DNA of 64,000 bases from the human T2T-CHM13v2.0 reference genome, Homo sapiens: the NCBI RefSeq assembly GCF_009914755.1, contig NC_060928.1; one strand, written 5' to 3'. How positions within the stretch are numbered: the first letter of the stretch is position 1; every line of letters begins with the position of its first letter. The notes beneath the pieces are model-generated. The model had not been told where the DNA came from and ran no database searches. It saw only the letters and a list, made by a program, of their open reading frames with translations. The position numbers and the translations under genes were made by a program. Of the stretch, positions 13,281 to 28,251 are shown piece after piece.

Positions 13281-14980
13281 GTATGCTCGATCTTGGGACC
13301 ACACCACTTCCCTTGGTAAATTTTCAAGCATTTAGTATTTGTGTGAAGGCAATCATATTGTGCAGAGGAATGACCAGGCTACAAAACACAGTGTGTGGGA
13401 GACCGCTTAATGCTAACACTAATTCTATGGGTGACATTCAGATCTATAAAAGATTAAGTGAATAGAGCTGACTTATTGAGAGGGGTTTGTTGTAGTCGAC
13501 TTAAAACCAATAAAAGACAACATGATGTCTTAAAGTCACTTCAAGATAAATTAATCAACTTATAAGCACATATAGCCATTAAGATCAATTCACTTTACAA
13601 AGATTAGAAAATGATAAAGGGGCATAAAATACAAACTTACTATCTGAGAAAATCAGGTTGTAGGGCTTTTCTCCTGCAAAATGAAGTAATTGTCAGCAAT
13701 GTCCACTTGGTAGAACAGTGTTTTCCACTGTTCTCTTCATAGCTTTTTCTAATACGATAGTTAAAAGAGGAACTAGCTCTTCAGACCCAGGCAGTTGAAA
13801 ACCAGCTCATTGGGTTCCAGCTCCACGGGTCCTTCTCTACATGTTTATTGCACATAATAATGTTCCTCTTGGGGAAAATATGCTGCAATATCCCTCTGAT
13901 TTATTGTATTTCTACATATTGTTAATGTAAGGACTCTGGTATTCAACAAAGAAATTATGGCACATCTGGGTACACAGAATATTCTACCTTCCACAGAAAA
14001 GGTCAGGAGAGAAAGAAAAGAGAGAACTGAAATATAAACCCTTCAAATTGAGGTGAAATCCTGACTTTGCCCCTTGGTTGGCATCATCATTAATCACTAC
14101 TAAGCAACTGCAATTAGAAGAGATTAACTGGAACTTAGAGTTGCTAAACAAAAAGAAAAAAATAGAAAGGAAATAAAGCTGTCTTCCTACGATAGACAAA
14201 ATCACAGGGCCATTTTCTTCCATTGATTTTTGCTCTCATTAAGATATATTCATTTACTTTCCTTTTGAAGCTTGACGTAAGAATCTTGAAACTAGAATTG
14301 TCTTCAATGAATTATTTTGCCCATTACTCTTCTTATACAGAGGTGAATTCCAGATTGGCTTGGGACAATGACTGTTTATGCTTTAACCATCTCCAAACGC
14401 AAATAACTAGCAAAACTCTTTATCTCATTCTAGTATTAGGCACTCCAAGTTCTGCAGCAAATATTCACTCTGATGACCATATGGAAAATAACACATAATT
14501 TCTGCTTTCTTGTATCTTAAAATCAGAAGATGAAGCCAAAACACAAGATAAATAGGAAATCCAAACAGTGACCCCAAAATTGTGTTTTGTGAAAGAAGAA
14601 TAGAAACACAAAAGTGGAGAGAGAGACCTCATTAGGATGTGAGTAGCAAAGGGGGTTCAGTGAAGCAGCAGAGCTTCCGTTATGTTTATAAGAGGGATAA
14701 CATTTAGAGATAAATCTTAAGATAGAGAAAAAAGAAGCTGATGCACCAAGAAAGAGAAGAGGAGAGCATTAGCATAGTGGTGCAGGGGCTGGAACCAGCA
14801 CCATGTGTTTGTGGAAACAAGGAAGACAGGATTATCAGTCAGCTTCTGGAAGGTATGTTGGAAAGGGTTTCACAAATGTAAAAGAGGTTATTGATAAATG
14901 GGAAGTATATACACCATATATTTAAATACAATGTATTTTTATTAAGCAGTGACCTCTTTAAATGTAAAGAATGTGTGCTT

Positions 14981-15870
14981 TCTGACAAAGGTTGAATATC
15001 CAGCATCATAAGGAACTTAAATTTACAAGAAACAAAACCCATAAAAAAGTAGGCTAAGGACATGAACAGACACTTTTCAAAAGAAGACACACATGCAACC
15101 AACAATCCCACGAAAAAAAGGTCAACATCACTGATCATTACAGAAATGCAACTCAAAACCACAATGAGACACTACCTCACACCAGTCAGAATGGCTATTA
15201 CTAAAAAGTTAAAAAATAACAGAGCTGGCAAGATTGTAGAGAAAAAAGAATGTTTATACACTGGGAGTGAGAGTGTAAATTAGTTCAGCCATTGTAGAAG
15301 ACAGTGTGGTGATTCCTCAAAGACCTAAATACAGTAATACCATTTGACCCAGCAATCCCATTACTGGGGATATATACGAAGGAAGATAAATCATTCTATT
15401 ATAGAGACACATGCATATGTATGTTCATTGCAGCACTGTTCACAACCGCAAAGACATGGAATCAACCTAAATGCTCATCAATGGTAGACTGGATAAACAA
15501 ACTGTGGTACATACACACCATGGAATACTATGCAGTCATAGAAAAAGATCCCGTGCTTTGTAGGAATATGGATGGAGCTGCAGACCATTATCCTTAGCAA
15601 ACACAAGAACAGAAAACCAAACACCGCATGTACTCACTTATAAGTGGGAGCTAATGATGAGAACACATGGACACACAGAGGGGAGCAACACACACTGGGG
15701 CCTTTTGGAGGGTGGAGGGTCGGAGGAGGGAGAGGATCAAGAACAACTACTAATGAGTACTAGGCTTAAAACTTGGGTGATGAAGTAATCTGTACACCAA
15801 ACCCCCACAAAACAAGTTTACCTATGTAACAAACCTGCGCTTTTACTAAACTTAAAAGTTAAAAAAAGAA
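14981..15870 (+). mobile_element. 5'-truncated older primate L1 (L1PA13-16-like): ORF2 C-terminus plus 3'UTR
   Basis: ORF MNRHFSKEDT...TTMRHYLTPVRMAITKK is the L1 ORF2 C-terminal region; typical 3'UTR ending aaacttaaaagttaaaaaaa. Confidence 0.92.
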
Positions 15871-16261
15871 GTTAAACCACATGTGCCCTTAAAAAGGAAT
15901 GCACGCCTTATGCTTAGAATTTTAGTAAAAAATGGTTAAACAGGTGGTTTTACATGCACACACATTTTGACAGCTAAATGAGACTAAAAGGTTGAGTCCT
16001 ATGGCAGCCAGAAAACAACTGTAATTTTATCTTGCAACAATAGGAAAAAAGTTCATCTTAAAGTCCACCTAGGATATCACTATTTTGTTTTACAGGCAGT
16101 TAGACATGATAATAATCATTCATCTACAATATTTACTGGTCATCTACTATAGCCAAGGTACACAATTTTTGTAATTCAGAAGCTTAGACAGGTCCTGATA
16201 AAAGACTTTCATACAGACATATGTTTATGACATATACCTATGGCATACATTTATAACATGG

Positions 16262-16922
16262 TGTGTCCGGAATTGGTTTCTTCCAGTGGGTTCTTGGTCT
16301 CACTCACTTCAAGAATGAAGCCATGGACCCTCGAGGTGAGTGTTAACAGTTGTTAAAGATGGTGCGTCCGGAGTTTGTTCCTTCAGATGTGTCCAGAGTT
16401 TCTTCCTTCTGGTGGGTTTGTGATTTCGCTTGACTTCAGGAGTGAAGCCACAGAACTTCCTGGGGAGTGTTACAGCTTTTGTCCGGAGTTGTTTGTTCCT
16501 CCCAATGGGTTCGTGGTCTTGCTGACTTCAGGAGTGAAGCCACAGACCTTCACAATGAGTGTTATAGCTCATAAAGGTAGTGCAGACCCAAAGAGCAAGC
16601 AGCACCAAGATTTATTGTGAAGAGCCAAAGAAGAAAGCCTCCACAGCATGGAAAGGGACACCAGCGGGTTGGCTGGGTGGCCAGCTTTTATTCCCTTATT
16701 TGGCACTGCCCACGTCCTGCTGATTGGTCCATTTTACAGAGTGCTGATTGGTCCATTTTACAGAGTGCTGATTGGTCCATTTTTACAGAGTGCTGATTGG
16801 TGCATTTACAAACCTTTAGCTAGACACAGAGTGCTGACTGGTGCGTTTACAATCCTTTAGCTAGACAGAAAATTTCTCCAAGTCCCCACCTGACCCAGAA
16901 GCCCAGCCAGCTTCACCTCTCA
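16262..16922 (-). mobile_element. LTR12-family (ERV9) solo LTR
   Basis: Minus strand begins TGAGAGGTGAAGC and ends ccggacaCA; tandem CCAAT repeats; 4-bp TSD atgg/atag. Confidence 0.93.
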
Positions 16923-17389
16923 ATAGTTATAACAGTTAATAAGAGCAATGTTGAAGATATGCATAGGTAGAAAAAGGGGGTTCAGTGAATTTAATCTGTA
17001 TTAGGGATTGTTAATGATGAAGTATAGTAATTATATTTAGCCAAATGGAAGAGGGATAGGTATTCTGCATAGAAGGCACAACATCAAGCTATAGGGGCAA
17101 AAAACTAGTATTTATGAAGCTACAAAGAGTTTGGTATTGTTGGACATAAAGTAGATGGGAGGAAGAATGAGACTGACCTATAGAAAACATAAAGCAGATG
17201 ATGGAAACCTTTATACACCAGTTAAGGGTTTGCTTCTTGTTGTCTATGGGTAGCCATTGAGAGGTCTAAAAAGGGGAGAATCATGATAATCGTAGTTGGA
17301 GAGAGATAACCCTGATGGCTGGTAAGAATGTAGAGAGGGAGGCTATTTGGAAGTTAAGTAAGAAGGATGGTCACTCCTAAGGCCAAGAT

Positions 17390-18010
17390 CTCCAGCCTCA
17401 CTGGTCTCCTTGTTGTTCCTCCAACCACACACCCACCCTGACTTGGTCCTCCTCTTTCTGGGACACTCTTCTCCCATTTATTCATGGCTAGCTCATACAT
17501 TCTTTAAGTCTTTACTCAGTTATGACTTCATCAGTGAGGCCTACACTGACAAGCCCATTTAAAGCTTGGGATTTTTTTTTGTTTTTTGCTTTTTGTTGTT
17601 TGTTTTGAGACAGGATTTCTCCCCTTCACCCAGGCTGAAGTGTAGTGGTGTGATCAAGGCTTATGCCAGTTTCAAACTTCTGAGCACAAGTGATTCTCCT
17701 GTCTTAGCCTCCCAATTGCCTGGGGCTACAGGTGCCCACCATCATGCCCAGACTCCATTTAAAGTTTTAATCTCCTCTACATTCCTAATCCTCCTTATCC
17801 TGTTCCATTTATCTTACTCTATCCTGGGTACCAGCTTCTGATAGCCAATGTATTATAATCATTGTTTATTTTCTGTCTTCCCCAACTAGAATTAAGCTTG
17901 AGAAAGGCAGGATTTTGCTTTGTTTTCTTGGCCAAATCAAACTCAAAACTCAGCTTTAGGAGTGCTAGCACATATTAGGCATTCGGTAAACATGAACTTA
18001 ATAAATGAAG
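17390..18010 (+). mobile_element. L2 3'-end fragment, interrupted by an Alu monomer
   Basis: Degenerate L2-like 3' end (actagaattaagcttgagaaaggcagg...catattaggcattcggtaaacatg). Confidence 0.55.
17568..17753 (-). mobile_element. Alu monomer (FRAM/AluJ right arm)
   Basis: Single Alu arm with T-tail; flanked by ccatttaaag on both sides. Confidence 0.85.
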
Positions 18011-18033
18011 AAGATTAAGATGGAAGGTCCAGG

Positions 18034-18355
18034 TTTTTTTTTTTGTTTTTTTTGTTTTTTTGTTTTTTTTTTTTGAGATGGAGTCTTGCTCTGTCACCCA
18101 GGCTGGAGTGCAGTGGCACGATCTCGGCTCACTGCAAGCTCCACCTCCCGGGGTTCATGCCATTCTCCTGCCTCAGCCTCCCGAGTAGCTGGGACTACAG
18201 GCGCCCACCACCATGCCTGGCTAATTTTTGTATTTTTAGTAGAGATGGGGTTTCACCTTGTTAGCCAGGATGGTCTTGATCTCCTGACCTCGTGATCTGC
18301 CCGCCTCGGCCTCCCAAAGTGCTGGGATTACAGGCGTGAGCCACTGCACCCAGTC
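18034..18355 (-). mobile_element. AluY-like
   Basis: Diagnostic gcaagctcc, ttagccaggatggtc; TSD atggaaggtcca. Confidence 0.95.
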
Positions 18356-19820
18356 AATGGAAGGTCCAATTTAAGAAACATTGAGACTGGTGAATTATTG
18401 GATATGGAGGCTAAGAGAAAGAGCCAAGAATTGCTCCATTTTCCAGCATGGGTGACTAGTGGGTTATTATTTCCCTAATGGACAAAGAGAAGCTGGAGAA
18501 GGAGTTGATGTAGAAAGAAGGTGCTGAATTCTGTTTTGAATATGTGGAGCTTGTCATGCCTGTGGGATGTGCTGGCAGATCCCACAGATTTGTCCCACAG
18601 AGATGTCCCTTTAAAGCTCAGAGAAGCAGCTAGGATAGAAAAGAAAAATTTGGAGTCATCAGTTCCCAAGTGATGTGAAGACCCTAAAGTGGAGGGGAGG
18701 CCAGGGAGAGTGGTGCCCGAGATGACAGTGTACTAAGGACAGGATTTTAATGAATATCATGAATAATGATAGATGTATAGTACCATGACCTGTCAATAGT
18801 TAAGTACATCTTCCTATAAGATGATTTGGGAAGCTAACTTGTGGTGATGACGTGACCTGGGACAATCCCAAGAGGCAAGGGGGTTGGTTGAATTATCACA
18901 GTCCTCACAGCTGCTCAAGCTTCTGTTTGTGTGTCGCCAATTATGCTGAAGGATCTAGAAAGATGTGCCCTCCCTGCTCCTCCTCAGGCTTAGCATGCAC
19001 TCAGTGGTTTCTGCAGCAAAGTTGCAAACTTTAATGCTCTGTATTTGTCGGCAGAAATAAGACCCAAATTCCTAAACGCATTTCTAATTAAACTATTTGA
19101 TTCTCAGCTAATTGATATTCAATTAGCAGATATCCCTAAAATGACTAGGACACTGGGGCCATGTAGCGATGTTCTGGAATGTGACTTTGAAAGCTGCGTT
19201 GACTTTAGAACTGGCTACATTCATTTTGGCTGAAGAGGTCACCTAGAGTATAGGATTAAAAGGAAAGTGTATTTTTAAAAATATTATGAGATATTTAAAA
19301 AATAACATACTTTAGGTTCAATATTATTTTATGACTCACACATGCCATATTTGTGTGAAAATCAAGAGGCATTCTGAAATCATTCGATTCTTTTTTTCTG
19401 CCTGAATTTTTTACTTTAAAAAGATTATTATGACATTCCATTAGTGGTTTTGACAGAGTGATATTGGATTCTCAAAATGAAAGATGTGTGTGAAATATCA
19501 GACTTGTCTTATTTTTGAAATAAAGACAGTGGCCCCTCTCACCTGGAAGAGTGCTGTCTCAAACGATTAGATCCTGGCAGACAACAGAGAACAAACATAT
19601 TTTGATTAAATTATTTTTCTATTCAACCTGGTGCAGTGCGTAACCTCTATGTCTATGGCTCTTTGTTTGATCTTTTCATGGAGGTGAGTGATTTTATTTA
19701 CAAAATAGAGGCCAAGAGAGGAAGTTAAAATATAGAATGATTTGTGTACTCATGGATATGCAAAGGAAGGTTTGAATTAGTCAGAACTACATTTAGAGCT
19801 AATAAACTACTAATGTCTAA

Positions 19821-20179
<359 letters not shown>

Positions 20180-20600
20180 TAAGGGTAAACAATAGTGGAT
20201 GGTTTATAATGAAGGGATCCAGGGTAAGAAGCTATCCCGAGAGAGTTGAGCATCCCCAAACTAGGGGACTGAGTTTCAGGATCCTGAGCTCCCAGCAGCA
20301 GAAAGTTGTCATGTTGGTGACACATGGATATGAATGGCCTGTGCAGCTGAAAAAGGTTGAGAAGGCAGTTGGCTAAAATTTAAATTGTCATCCATGTAAG
20401 TAAAATGATTTGTGCAGTGATGATCATACCTGGAAAAAGCAGTGCTGGGAAAAATAGAGCCAAGAAAAATGCGAGCAGAAAGGCATAAGGCAAGAGACTC
20501 GTCGGGCACCCAGACCAGCTACTCACAGTGGTTTATTCTCTTGAGGAGTCAGAATGGGGCCTGGACTCAATATGACGTTTTCACAGGGCATTGAGGGAAC

Positions 20601-21167
20601 TGCAACTGCAATGTGGGTTACTTGCTCGCCGCATGCGCAGCCCAACTAACAAGAGCGAAGTTTGGGTACGAAGCAAGTGAGCTTATTCCGAAGCCTGCCT
20701 GAGGAAGGGGCACAGCGTCCTGCCTTTAAATACGCCACTTCACCTTTGGAGCAGAAAGTGGTACTTTTATAAGGTAGTGGAGGAAGTGAGCAAGAGCAGG
20801 GTCCCCCTTGCTAGCTTGGTGCCTTACGTACCAGGCAATTGAGTTGGTGCCTTCCTGGGCAGAAATAAGTTGTCAAAGTGGCCAAGTGGACTTGCTTTTC
20901 ACATGCCCTCTTGGTGGATGAAAGTTCCGAGGCTGCGGGGGCCGTGCTTTGGTCTGCAAATTAATAGACTGTCAACTCTCCAGGAGAGATCCCTCTTGGA
21001 GCACAGAGTTAAACTTGCTCTGCAGGAAATGTCTGCGGGGGGTGGCCGTGAAAGGTTGTGTTTACATTTCCAAAGGGCTAAGAAACAGGGAAAAGGTGGA
21101 AAGGAGAAAAAAAGAGAAAATAATGTTTAAAAACTATCTCTTAGAAAAATGTGGGTACCCGGTTACA
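20601..21167 (-). mobile_element. ERV1-class solo LTR (MER67-like; subfamily uncertain)
   Basis: TG...CA termini (tgcaac...gttaca) with exact 4-bp TSD GAAC at 20597-20600 and 21168-21171. Confidence 0.8.
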
Positions 21168-22013
21168 GAACCGCCTGTGGGGCCATGCATGGGGATTATG
21201 AAGACGGGGTTGCCACTTACTTTCTCTGCTAAGAACTTCCTGTCATCTTCCCATCAGCAGCGAGAGCACTGGGAAAACTTCTTACCACCTCACTGCCCGA
21301 GAGCCTCACCTCATCCAAACATCAACAAATCCAGCCTCATTTTTCAGAAGGGCCACCTTAGTCTTTCCATGATCACAAGTGAAATAATTAAATGACTAAA
21401 AGTTGTACTTGTACAGGTCACAGCCAGATAATCCTTCATTTGCAGTTAACTAAACAGCATGCTACACAATTGGATGTAAGGAATGAAGGTGACATAGCAA
21501 TTTTCCATCTGTATTATCTGAGACCATGTTATTGGAAAACGGATGGTCCTAAAAGTAGAAATGAAAAGTTCACAAGGGCAATGATGGGAAGTTGTTTTAA
21601 TGGGATCCTAAGGTCTGCTTCTACTAAGCAGGAAACAGAGAGTGAAGCAGTTACTATTTTCTTGCTCAACAAGTGAAAGCAAAAAGAGAAATCCACGTTA
21701 CAGAGAAGACTGAAACAGAATCCCATAAAAATGTTTCTCAGTATCATTTCTCAGACCAACCAAATTGTTGTGTTTCTTAAACTGAGAAGTTGAAATACCA
21801 GAGAGAGGTCAGAATTCTGCTGAGATGTATTAGAATGGTTGAGGTTTGGCCTATTGGAGTTGCAGAGATTCTTCTGCTTAAGACCTCTTATGAATGTTTG
21901 TAGATAATAACAGTCCCTCGCCAGAGGCTTAGCTTGTCACCTCTGCCTACCATCAACAGATGCTTTCCTGATCACACTGTTTTTTTTAGCCTTAGCCACT
22001 TTGCTCTCTCAAG

Positions 22014-22329
22014 CAGTGGCTTTCAAGGTTTTTGACCACAATCTTCTGAAAGAGACATAACTACATCTTGAAATGTAAGTGCAGAAATGTATACTTTCAG
22101 TAAAAGAGTCACAAGACAATACTACTTTGGCAGATACTTTAATATTTCCTTTTGTCCTATTCTATTCTATTCTATTCTATTCTATTCTATTCTATTCTAT
22201 TCTATTCTATTCTATTCTATTCTATTCTATTCTTCTATTCTATTCTATTCTAATGCTGATCCCAACTTACCAATGTTTGTTCATGGGCAACTTACAGGCT
22301 GTATGTAATCTGCAGTATGAACCACACTG
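22014..22329. mobile_element. hAT/Charlie-type MER (MER113-like)
   Basis: cagtggctttcaa...tgaaccacactg imperfect terminal inverted repeats. Confidence 0.55.
22157..22252. repeat. (CTATT)n pentanucleotide microsatellite
   Basis: About 19 units with one interruption. Confidence 0.97.
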
Positions 22330-25300
22330 CTTTAAGCTTTTTTTAAAAAAAAATTGAAGCAGAATTTACTTATAAGCTTATTTCTTAGAAATGAAACCAA
22401 AAAATTAAAATATTTTATAGAAATTAAATAAAATAAGAATATAGAGCAGTGATAGTTTCTGGTGAATCTTAACTAAATATTAAGCTACAGCTTAATGTTC
22501 AACTTATCAACCATCTGAGGGATAAATAGGGTCAGTCCAGATTAAAAATTTCTATTACACTGTATAATTTCGGTCTGTGTTTACTTGTTGGTGTATTTAT
22601 ATACAGAATTAATATTTCTAATACAAATTTTCTTACTAATTATAATTTTACTTTAGGAGACAAGATATATTTTTAAATAAACAAATTCACTCTACATAAA
22701 TATAACCAGAGATTTATTTTCAAAGAAGTTAATTCTGGAAGGCATTATGACTTTTATCTTTAATCATGGAAACAAACTTTTGTGGAACACCTGTATTTGA
22801 GACATAGGAAAAGACTTCCTGATAATTTTTAAAAATCCATTTCAGTTTTTAACACCTACATATTTTTTCCTATGTGCAAAATATCTGAGGAAGAAATCAA
22901 AATAGTTAAATAATCCAGAAATTACATTCAGTCAATAATGTCAACTTAAGACAAACTGTGATTTGGGTTGTATTTTATAAGTTTGTTTTTCCTTTTAACT
23001 GAATGTATACAATGATTTGGTCAAGTTGCTTGGATTTGATTTATGCTGAAATAACACTCAGAATCAAAACAAAGCTTGGTCCAAATTCCAGAAAGTAGGG
23101 TAATTCCCTAAGTGTAACCTGATTGAAAATATATGAAAATTTACTCTCATGTACAAAATAACCATTATGGTTTAGGAGAAATAGAAATTATAAGCTAATG
23201 AAGATAGAGACTTGGCAATTTACTAAAGGATCCAAGAGTATTTATAGCTTATTTTTTAAACTGATTAAAAATGTGTCAAAATATTACATTCTAAATAAAA
23301 GTTTTGATTAAATTATTTCATTCACTAGCTTTGAGGCATGGTTAAAGTGAAATAGAGTTCAAAGAAAGGGAAGAAGTAAATTGCTAAAAGAGTAGAACCA
23401 ATTTTGATGAATTAAGTCATAGTTAAAAGAGAAAAAGAAAGACAGGTGAAAATAAGATTAGGCTAGAATAGAAGAAAAAAATGAGAAAAAGTCTAACCTC
23501 AGTAAGTAACTAGAAAGTAAGACTTGAGATTAAATAATTCCATAGGTATGTCATAGTTCAATTGTACATTTCATGAAATTCTAATTCTAATTTGATGAAA
23601 GATAATTCCAGGAAATTTGCATGCTATTATTAAATCACTTTAAGATTTTTCTCCAAATGTGTTATATTAGAGATATATATATATGATATATGTCAATTTA
23701 TATATATATAAATATAGCTCTCTCCTCTTTGAGATATATACGATTTTAGTAGGTTTCTGAGGTCACTAGTTGTCTCCATTTTCTCTGCACTTAAAATGAT
23801 GCACAGAGTTTAAAAGAGAAGATTGGGTGAGAGCTCTGCATCTCTAAAAACAGCTGCCCTTGCCCGGATCATGCTCCGCAAATGTTCTGACCTAAGGCTC
23901 GAATCAGATGCATAGGTTATATTGACTCAAGTCGAATATCTATTTTTGGGTTTAAGTGCATATGTATTTTCAATGGCAAATTAAAGTTTATAAAATGGAA
24001 TATGATAAAAGATAAATACAAAACCAAAGAGAAATTGATACCTTGATATTTTCAGTGAACTTTATCAAAATTCAAAATTGAATATATATATTTATTTAAT
24101 TATATATAATATGTATATATATGAAAATATAGAGATATAGATATCCATATACATAATATATTATATAAAATATATAAATATATATATATATATAAATGCT
24201 ACATAAATATACGACCTCAGACTTCTAAAGCTGAATATAACAATGGAATTAAAAGTTAAAAATTAGATCTTCTGGGCATCTTAGAATTTTGAAATCTTTG
24301 AATATAGGAAATTTAGCAAGAACTTTAAAATGCTTAAATGGTTTTACCATTGTATTCTGCTGGATTTTATTTTATGGTAATCAAAGTTGTCAGAAGGTCA
24401 GAGACTCATAAATAGAGAACAGAGCATCAAAAAGCTCATTGACAAGCCTAATGCACATGCTGTCTCTTCTTTAAAAAATGAATAAAGATGACAAGAAACA
24501 TTTTGCTCTTCTTTTGTAAGACGCAGAATAAACTGTCATCTTTTCTCTTATGAATAGAAAATGCATGACATAAAATAGGAAACAAAAAATATAGAAACGT
24601 AGAAAATGTGTCATAAAATAGAAAACATAAAATGTGCCATCTCATGTACTAAATTTATCTGATGACGTCGCAAAAGAAATAACCTAGTCACTGAGTTTAA
24701 CATTTTGATGTCTTATGTAATCATAACCATTGACATGAACTTTATATGTGTTTTCTGTCTATCAAAGTTCATGGTCATGAAAAAAAACGTAGACTATTTT
24801 TACTAACATTTTTAAAGTGAAGAAGAAAGCCTTATTGTATAATTTATAGTGGATTCTAACTTCATTGCCAAGAATAATACATTATAGTTTCTTAGTCATT
24901 TTCATTATTTGTAAGAGTGTTAAACAACTCCTAATCATTTTACTTATTTTTAAAGTTAATAAAGCAATATATGTAATATGTAAAAACATTTTCCATGTAA
25001 AGTTAAATTTAGAAAGTGTAAAAATTGGTGTGTCACTGTTCACCCTTATTCCGCCCTTGCTCCCTCAAGTTCTGATTTCCCAGTAGGAATTCCATAAAAT
25101 AGAATAGCTTATTAGAATTGTAGTTGATATGCAATTAGGTAAAATGTTAATTTGAGCACAACACATCTTTATAATCTTGAACCTTCCTCTATTACTATAG
25201 TTTTATTATTATTTATTAGTATGTTTTTTCATTTATTCAGATATTATTTCTGTCTCTCAATGTGGTTTTATAATTTTCTTGATATAAATTCCAAGAACCT

Positions 25301-25397
25301 AAAATCATTGCTTTATCACCTTTTGATGCTTTTGGACTTGTCACCCAGGTGAAATTCATTTTGAACTACAGATAAAGAGATACTTGTTATCAATAAT

Positions 25398-25850
25398 TGT
25401 GACTGTCTGAGAGTTCACTCTCTTTACAAGCTAGCTGTTTAGCCTGTTCCATTTTCATGACTGTTTCAAGACAGCAGGAGGTTCTGGGTCAGAGACAAAG
25501 AATAGTTTATTACTGGAAGCAATAGCCAGTCACTTGACTCTGGGTCCCAGAAGCCTAAACACAGGGCATTGTGAAGAGAGCCAGGTGACACTTGCCTGCC
25601 AAGTAGACTGTGGTACAGCACAAACGAAGCTGTGGGAATCTCCTCTTCTCATCGTGGGCATTCAACATTCCTGCTCTGCTTCAGAAGGAGGAGCTCTATT
25701 TTTCAAGACTAAACAAACCTGCTCTTCTCTCTGTAAGGTAATGGGACCTGTATCTTCCAAGGCTCTGTGGTATATGAACGTCCTGGAAGAGGTTTTTCAG
25801 AATAAAGTGCAGTTATGGCCTCACAAGATGTTAAGAAATGTGAATTGAAG
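25398..25850 (-). mobile_element. Old ERVL LTR (LTR40/41/52-like)
   Basis: gggtcagagacaaag...tttattact...agcaatagc motif recalled from this LTR group; diverged. Confidence 0.45.
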
Positions 25851-26401
25851 TAAAAGTTCTGTGATATATTAAGCTATGATATACTAAAACTTTTAGTTTG
25901 CATTTTTCATCTGTGAAAAGTCTATTGAATCTTTTTCCTGTGTATAAATAGATTGTTTTCTATGTAAAAGTGAATTTTTGGTTTCGGTCATTGCTAAATA
26001 CCTAGTGCCTGTTGTAGTGTCTACACATAGTAGACACTCAAATAATAAATAATATTTGTTGGATAAATACATGAACTAAACAAGTAATTCATGTTTTTTT
26101 CTTGGTTCCTAATTTTTTCCCATATATATGTAAAATATATATGTATACCGTATATATATATACGGTATATATATGTGAAATATATATATATGGTATATAT
26201 ATGTGCATATATATATATGGTAAAAAAGAATTTCCTTTGAATTATCTATAAATTGGGTGGAGGGGAGGTGCTTTTCAGGAGGGCCACAGTGCGAGGTATC
26301 TTTCATGCCTTCCTTATAAACACATACACATACGAATATTTAAAAAGTATAATCAGGACAATCAAAACTGGCATGAGGTATTATAACATCATTGTAACAC
26401 C

Positions 26402-26839
26402 TGTGGAAGGAAAGTAAATCTTAGGGCCCCTGAACCACTAAGCTAAAGGCAAAGTCAAGCTGGGCCAACCTGCCTCCCATTCTGTTCAAAGTCAGCCCCC
26501 CTGCTCACTACATCAATGCATACTTGACTGCCCTCTTTGGGGAGGCGCATCAGAAACTCAGAAGAACGCAGCCATTTGTCTCTTATCTACCTATGACCCA
26601 GAAGCCTCCTCCCCACTTGGAGTCCTCCCACCTTTGCTTCTAGTTGTCCTGCCCTTCCAGACCAAACCAGTGCTCATCTTATACATGTTAACTGATGTCT
26701 CAGATCTCCCTAAAATGTATAAACAAAATGTGCTCTGACCCCCTCGGGCCTTTCTCTCTGTTAATGGGCTTGTCCTGAACATTGGCAAAATAAACTTTCT
26801 AAATTCACTGAGACCTGCCTCAGATATTCAGGATTCACA
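26402..26839 (+). mobile_element. MER4A/MER4A1 solo LTR (ERV1)
   Basis: tgtggaaggaaagtaaatcttagggcccc...aataaactttctaaa...ggattcaca; exact TSD CACC. Confidence 0.9.
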
Positions 26840-27807
26840 CACCTTAATCTCATAGACAGTAATTAATGAATAAAATGATCTTTGTCAAACACAAAAAAAT
26901 GTATGTTCTCATTTTCTTACCAGAAGTTTTAGATTTTTACTTTGAGGGTAATTTTAAAACACCAGGTCATGTGATTCATGGTCTAACCTCCCATGCCAGT
27001 TTGGTAGTCTATGACACAATTTCACTCAACTACTTTTCACTCCTTGAGTGTTACACGTGTTCTCCCCGTCCCCTCTCTGTCTTGTCTTGGATCAGTTTCC
27101 AAACCTCTGCACCTAAGGGTTCATATCTTTATGTAATTTGTTCCTCAAAAAAATATTACATGTTAATTCTTCTAGGAAATCTTCCTTGAATACCCATCAA
27201 AATGAGTCAAGGGTCCTTACAGTGAGCTCACCTACCAATCTATATAATTGGTAATCACAGAACTCATACTACCAAAATTATTGATATGTTTGTTTAAATC
27301 CTTTCTGGAGTATGTATCACTTGGTATCTTTAGCATTTATTTCAATGCTTAGAGCATCAGAAATGGTCAATATGGAAGAAATAAATAACCTCCTGAGTGC
27401 TTGGTAATAGCAGCAATATGCGTTAACATTTGAGAGCCCCTGTGTGCTTATTCATTGTGACGCCTCTCACTCCGAGAACTTGTACTTGGATTGGCCATTG
27501 GGAGTTTATAATTTTTTTTTTCATAAGAGTCTGATGCTTTAAAAGCAGCTACCATTTACTTACCACTATTGGAATAATTTTAAGTGTAAAATTCCATGAA
27601 AGCTGAAAACTGAGTAAAAGAGTTGTTCCCCTCAAACGGGACTGAAGATTAGGGAGGTAGACCTGTACAAGAAAAAAAGACAAGGAAGTGGGTGAGAAGT
27701 AGAGTAAGGGTAGAGAAATTTGTTGAAAGTTTCATTTATATAATAATATAAAACATCTGTATGATGCCATTAGAATAAGCTGTAAATTCTGTTAAAAAAA
27801 GACAACT

Positions 27808-28251
<444 letters not shown>

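Noticed and set aside
23670-26220. TA-rich tracts near 23.7, 24.1 and 26.1 kb
   Set aside because: Ordinary degenerate (TA)n low-complexity sequence with no further structure.
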